Shown here piece by piece: positions 61,701-64,000 of a stretch of DNA of 64,000 bases (position 1 is its first letter; every line of letters begins with the position of its first letter). The stretch covers positions 56,967 to 120,966 of the forward strand of contig CAZBZS010000002.1 of the NCBI GenBank assembly GCA_964496475.1, written 5' to 3'. This DNA is from an uncultured Chloroflexota bacterium. Its GTDB lineage: Bacteria > Chloroflexota > UBA11872 > VXNJ01. Made by a program: the position numbers and the translations under genes. The notes under the pieces were generated by a model, which was given only the letters and a program-made list of their open reading frames with translations, did no database searches and was not told the origin of the DNA.

Positions 61701-64000
61701 GTGATTCTTCTTTCTCGACTCCAGAAACTCCTGAATTCACCAGGGCGCTCCGGTCTCGCGGTCCCGATCCTGATCATCGCGCTCGGATTCATGCCTGCCA
61801 TCTGGGCCCCTTGGGACGTCGTTCTCATATCCGAGGACCTCGCCCTTCCTCGCACACCCCAGCAGTTCTTCCTCACTCTCCATTCCTGGAACCCGATCCT
61901 CAACACCGGCACCCCTTACAACGTCGCCCATACCGCCATCCTCACCTTTGCCCAGCAAGCCGGGTTACAGGAGGTCGGGCTCAGCCCGGCCGTCACCCAA
62001 CGCCTGATCATGATCGTGTGGATGACGTTGTCCGGCCTGGGCATGTACGTACTGGTCCGAGCACTGTTCGCGTCCCGACTGTCCCGCAGTCAATGGCAGA
62101 CCGCCGCCGCCGTCGCGGCAAGCTTCTACATGTTCAATCTCTACATCGAGCACGCCTGGCGCGGGTTCAACATCGGCGTCCTCACGGCCCAGACCACCCT
62201 GCCGCTGCTGCTGACCCTGCTCTACCTTGGGTTCAAGGGCCGTATATCCGCTACCCGCCTGGCCCTCTACACCGTTCCCGTCGCGCTGTGGTCCTCGGGC
62301 GTTGGCGTAAACCCGCCGCTGATGCTGATCTTTGTCGCCACGATAGTCGCCTTCCCTCTGGCCTACCTGATGTTTTCCCACAGCGGCCGTTTGTCCGCCC
62401 GCCTGTTCCCGGTGCTGCGCACGGTGGGAATTCTGAGCGCCGTGTCGATCCTGACCAACGCGTTCTGGATTATCCCTTTCGTCGGCCAGATCCAGGCGAC
62501 CACGACCGGCGAACTGACCACCTCAAGCGAGTTGGCGTCCAACTGGCTCGGCGGCATCTCCGCCAATGCGTCCTTCACCAAGGTGCTGCGATTTCAGGGC
62601 GACTGGACCTGGTACCAGGGTTGGAACGAGCCCTACCGTCCCTATGCCAGCTCCTATGAGGACTCCACCGGCCTGGCGATGCTCTCCTGGGTGGCCCCGG
62701 CCCTGGTCATAATCGGCTTGGCGGGACCGAAGCGACGGCTCCGCCTCTTCTTCGGCGTCATCACCGCCCTCGCCCTGCTCCTCAGCATGGGCACCCACCC
62801 GCCGATGGACCGAATCTATCTGTGGCTGGTTGGGAACGCACCCCTCTTCTGGATCATCCGCAGCCCCTGGTTCAAATTCGCCCTGGTCACCAGCCTCGGA
62901 TTCGCCGTTCTCGGCGGACTTGGCGCGGCGAACCTTGCCGGCTGGCTGCGCCAGGTCTCCCGCGGATCCCGAGTCGGCCGGCAAGTTGGCAGTAGAACCA
63001 CCGCCATTGTTGTGATCGGTGCCGTCGCCATCAACCTCATCTATGCCTACCCGGTGACCACCGGCCAGATGTTCCCGGCGGCAGAGACCCTTCCTCCCAA
63101 CCAGATGCGGATCCCCGACTACATCGCCGACGCCTCCTCGTGGTTTGACGAGAACGTGGGCGACGGGCGGGTCGCGGCCCTGCCCGAGACCACCGTCTGG
63201 GCCGACCAGAGCGGCTTCGTCAGCTTTTCTCCGGTACTGACCCAGATTGGCACAGCAGCAATCGTCTACCCTTTCCAGACCGTCCACGGCTCCCTGGTGT
63301 CGGCCACGAACGGGATGCTGAACGACATCGCCTACGAGGCCCTCTACCGGGCATCCACACGACGCGCCGACGAAATCCTCCGGTTGATGAGCGTCCGCTA
63401 CTTGAACCACGAGACCGGCATCAAATACTGGCTGTACGCTGGCGATGTCGACTCCGCCGACTGGGTTCGGCTCCGGCTGGAGAAGCAGCTCGGCATCGAG
63501 CCGGTCGCGACATTCGGCGCCTGGGAGGTCTACGCCGTTGATGACCCTTTGCCCGAGTTCTATCTGGCCCCGGGGCTGTCCATTGTCGCCGGTGGCGTAG
63601 AGGCCCTGCCGACGATGGTCGGGATGGACCTGCTCTCCACCCCGGCGATTCTGTTCTCGGATCAGCAAACTCCCGAGGGCCTGTCCCGGGCTTTGGACTC
63701 GCCCCTGCTCAGGGATATTCTGTTCTTCGCCAGCGGGCCCGAAGAATTGGCGCTCGACCTCATACCGGCCCGCCATCGCCACCCAGTACCGCGGAGCGGC
63801 CTCCCGGTAGAGTTCACCGTCGACGAAACCGCCGAGTACCGAATCTGGCTGCGATCCCCCGATAGGACCCGCTTTCCCTCGGGTGACCTCGCCGTAGACG
63901 GACAGCCGCTCGATCTCAGTTCCAGCCCGGCCCCATCGACGCCATTCTGGATACCGCTCGGCGTCCATCGGCTCGCCACCGGACCTCACCTCCTCACCGG
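61701..64000 (+). CDS. Partial (3'-truncated by the window end) paralog of the 1191-aa GT-C-like membrane protein
   Basis: Frame open from GTG 61701 to the window end (>766 codons, checked codon by codon); EDLALPRTPQQFF...LSGLGMYVLVRAL and APLFWIIRSPWFKFALVTSLGFA align with EDFILPMTLEQWY...SAMGLSMYVLMRYL and VPLFWVLRSPWYKATSLTILGFA of the gene at 57024; absent from the ORF track because it has no stop in the window. Confidence 0.65.
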   Translation, partial: MILLSRLQKLLNSPGRSGLAVPILIIALGFMPAIWAPWDVVLISEDLALPRTPQQFFLTLHSWNPILNTGTPYNVAHTAILTFAQQAGLQEVGLSPAVTQRLIMIVWMTLSGLGMYVLVRALFASRLSRSQWQTAAAVAASFYMFNLYIEHAWRGFNIGVLTAQTTLPLLLTLLYLGFKGRISATRLALYTVPVALWSSGVGVNPPLMLIFVATIVAFPLAYLMFSHSGRLSARLFPVLRTVGILSAVSILTNAFWIIPFVGQIQATTTGELTTSSELASNWLGGISANASFTKVLRFQGDWTWYQGWNEPYRPYASSYEDSTGLAMLSWVAPALVIIGLAGPKRRLRLFFGVITALALLLSMGTHPPMDRIYLWLVGNAPLFWIIRSPWFKFALVTSLGFAVLGGLGAANLAGWLRQVSRGSRVGRQVGSRTTAIVVIGAVAINLIYAYPVTTGQMFPAAETLPPNQMRIPDYIADASSWFDENVGDGRVAALPETTVWADQSGFVSFSPVLTQIGTAAIVYPFQTVHGSLVSATNGMLNDIAYEALYRASTRRADEILRLMSVRYLNHETGIKYWLYAGDVDSADWVRLRLEKQLGIEPVATFGAWEVYAVDDPLPEFYLAPGLSIVAGGVEALPTMVGMDLLSTPAILFSDQQTPEGLSRALDSPLLRDILFFASGPEELALDLIPARHRHPVPRSGLPVEFTVDETAEYRIWLRSPDRTRFPSGDLAVDGQPLDLSSSPAPSTPFWIPLGVHRLATGPHLLT

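Noticed and set aside
62523-63989. 488-aa ORF on the minus strand
   Set aside because: It is antisense to the frame-0 gene (61701 onward), which has clear paralog support. Its product is Gly/Arg/Pro-rich low-complexity sequence, a typical high-GC antisense artefact.

Overview
This is a high-GC window (roughly 63-65% by eye) from an unidentified bacterium with dense coding on both strands. Actinomycetota or Chloroflexota are plausible sources, but taxonomy cannot be settled from sequence alone. The first ~20 kb is ordinary metabolism and housekeeping: a GH127-like hydrolase, a sulfatase, tandem MDR zinc-dehydrogenases, a 3-hydroxyacyl-CoA dehydrogenase, an aldo/keto reductase, glyA, TrkA subunits, an SDR, methyltransferases and a GNAT/Eis-like protein. 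From ~20.1 kb to the window end, and beyond it, lies a very large cell-envelope glycan biosynthesis island. It contains nucleotide-sugar enzymes (an ArnA-like decarboxylase, a UDP-xylose synthase, GDP-mannose 4,6-dehydratase), six GT2 glycosyltransferases (two DPM/GtrB-like polyprenyl-P-sugar synthases carrying C-terminal TM helices), two Wzx-like flippases, and sugar-decoration enzymes (AsnB-type amidotransferase, a B12-binding radical SAM enzyme, a NodU/CmcH-type carbamoyltransferase). Most strikingly, it holds at least eight large polytopic membrane proteins with GT-C-like features. Six of them sit next to a paralog of one small bitopic protein family (N-terminal TM, ~150-aa extracytoplasmic domain with the motif set IGPVS / RVGGPFG / YLEFEI / GWxDQD..QLLRRQ, C-terminal TM). 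Four of these six pairs overlap their GT-C neighbour on the same strand by 4-20 bp, a fifth lies 85 bp away on the opposite strand, and the sixth is convergent with one neighbour while overlapping another by 20 bp. I cannot place this partner family in any known family and it is the best candidate for an undescribed system. Other notable points: a solitary selB inside the island; a FlgM-like small ORF; a GT2 gene whose conserved N-terminus lies upstream of any canonical start codon; a radical SAM with a 13-residue insertion in its cysteine motif; gene fragments that mark segmental duplication; and a >766-aa GT-C paralog that is missing from the ORF track because it runs off the 3' edge.
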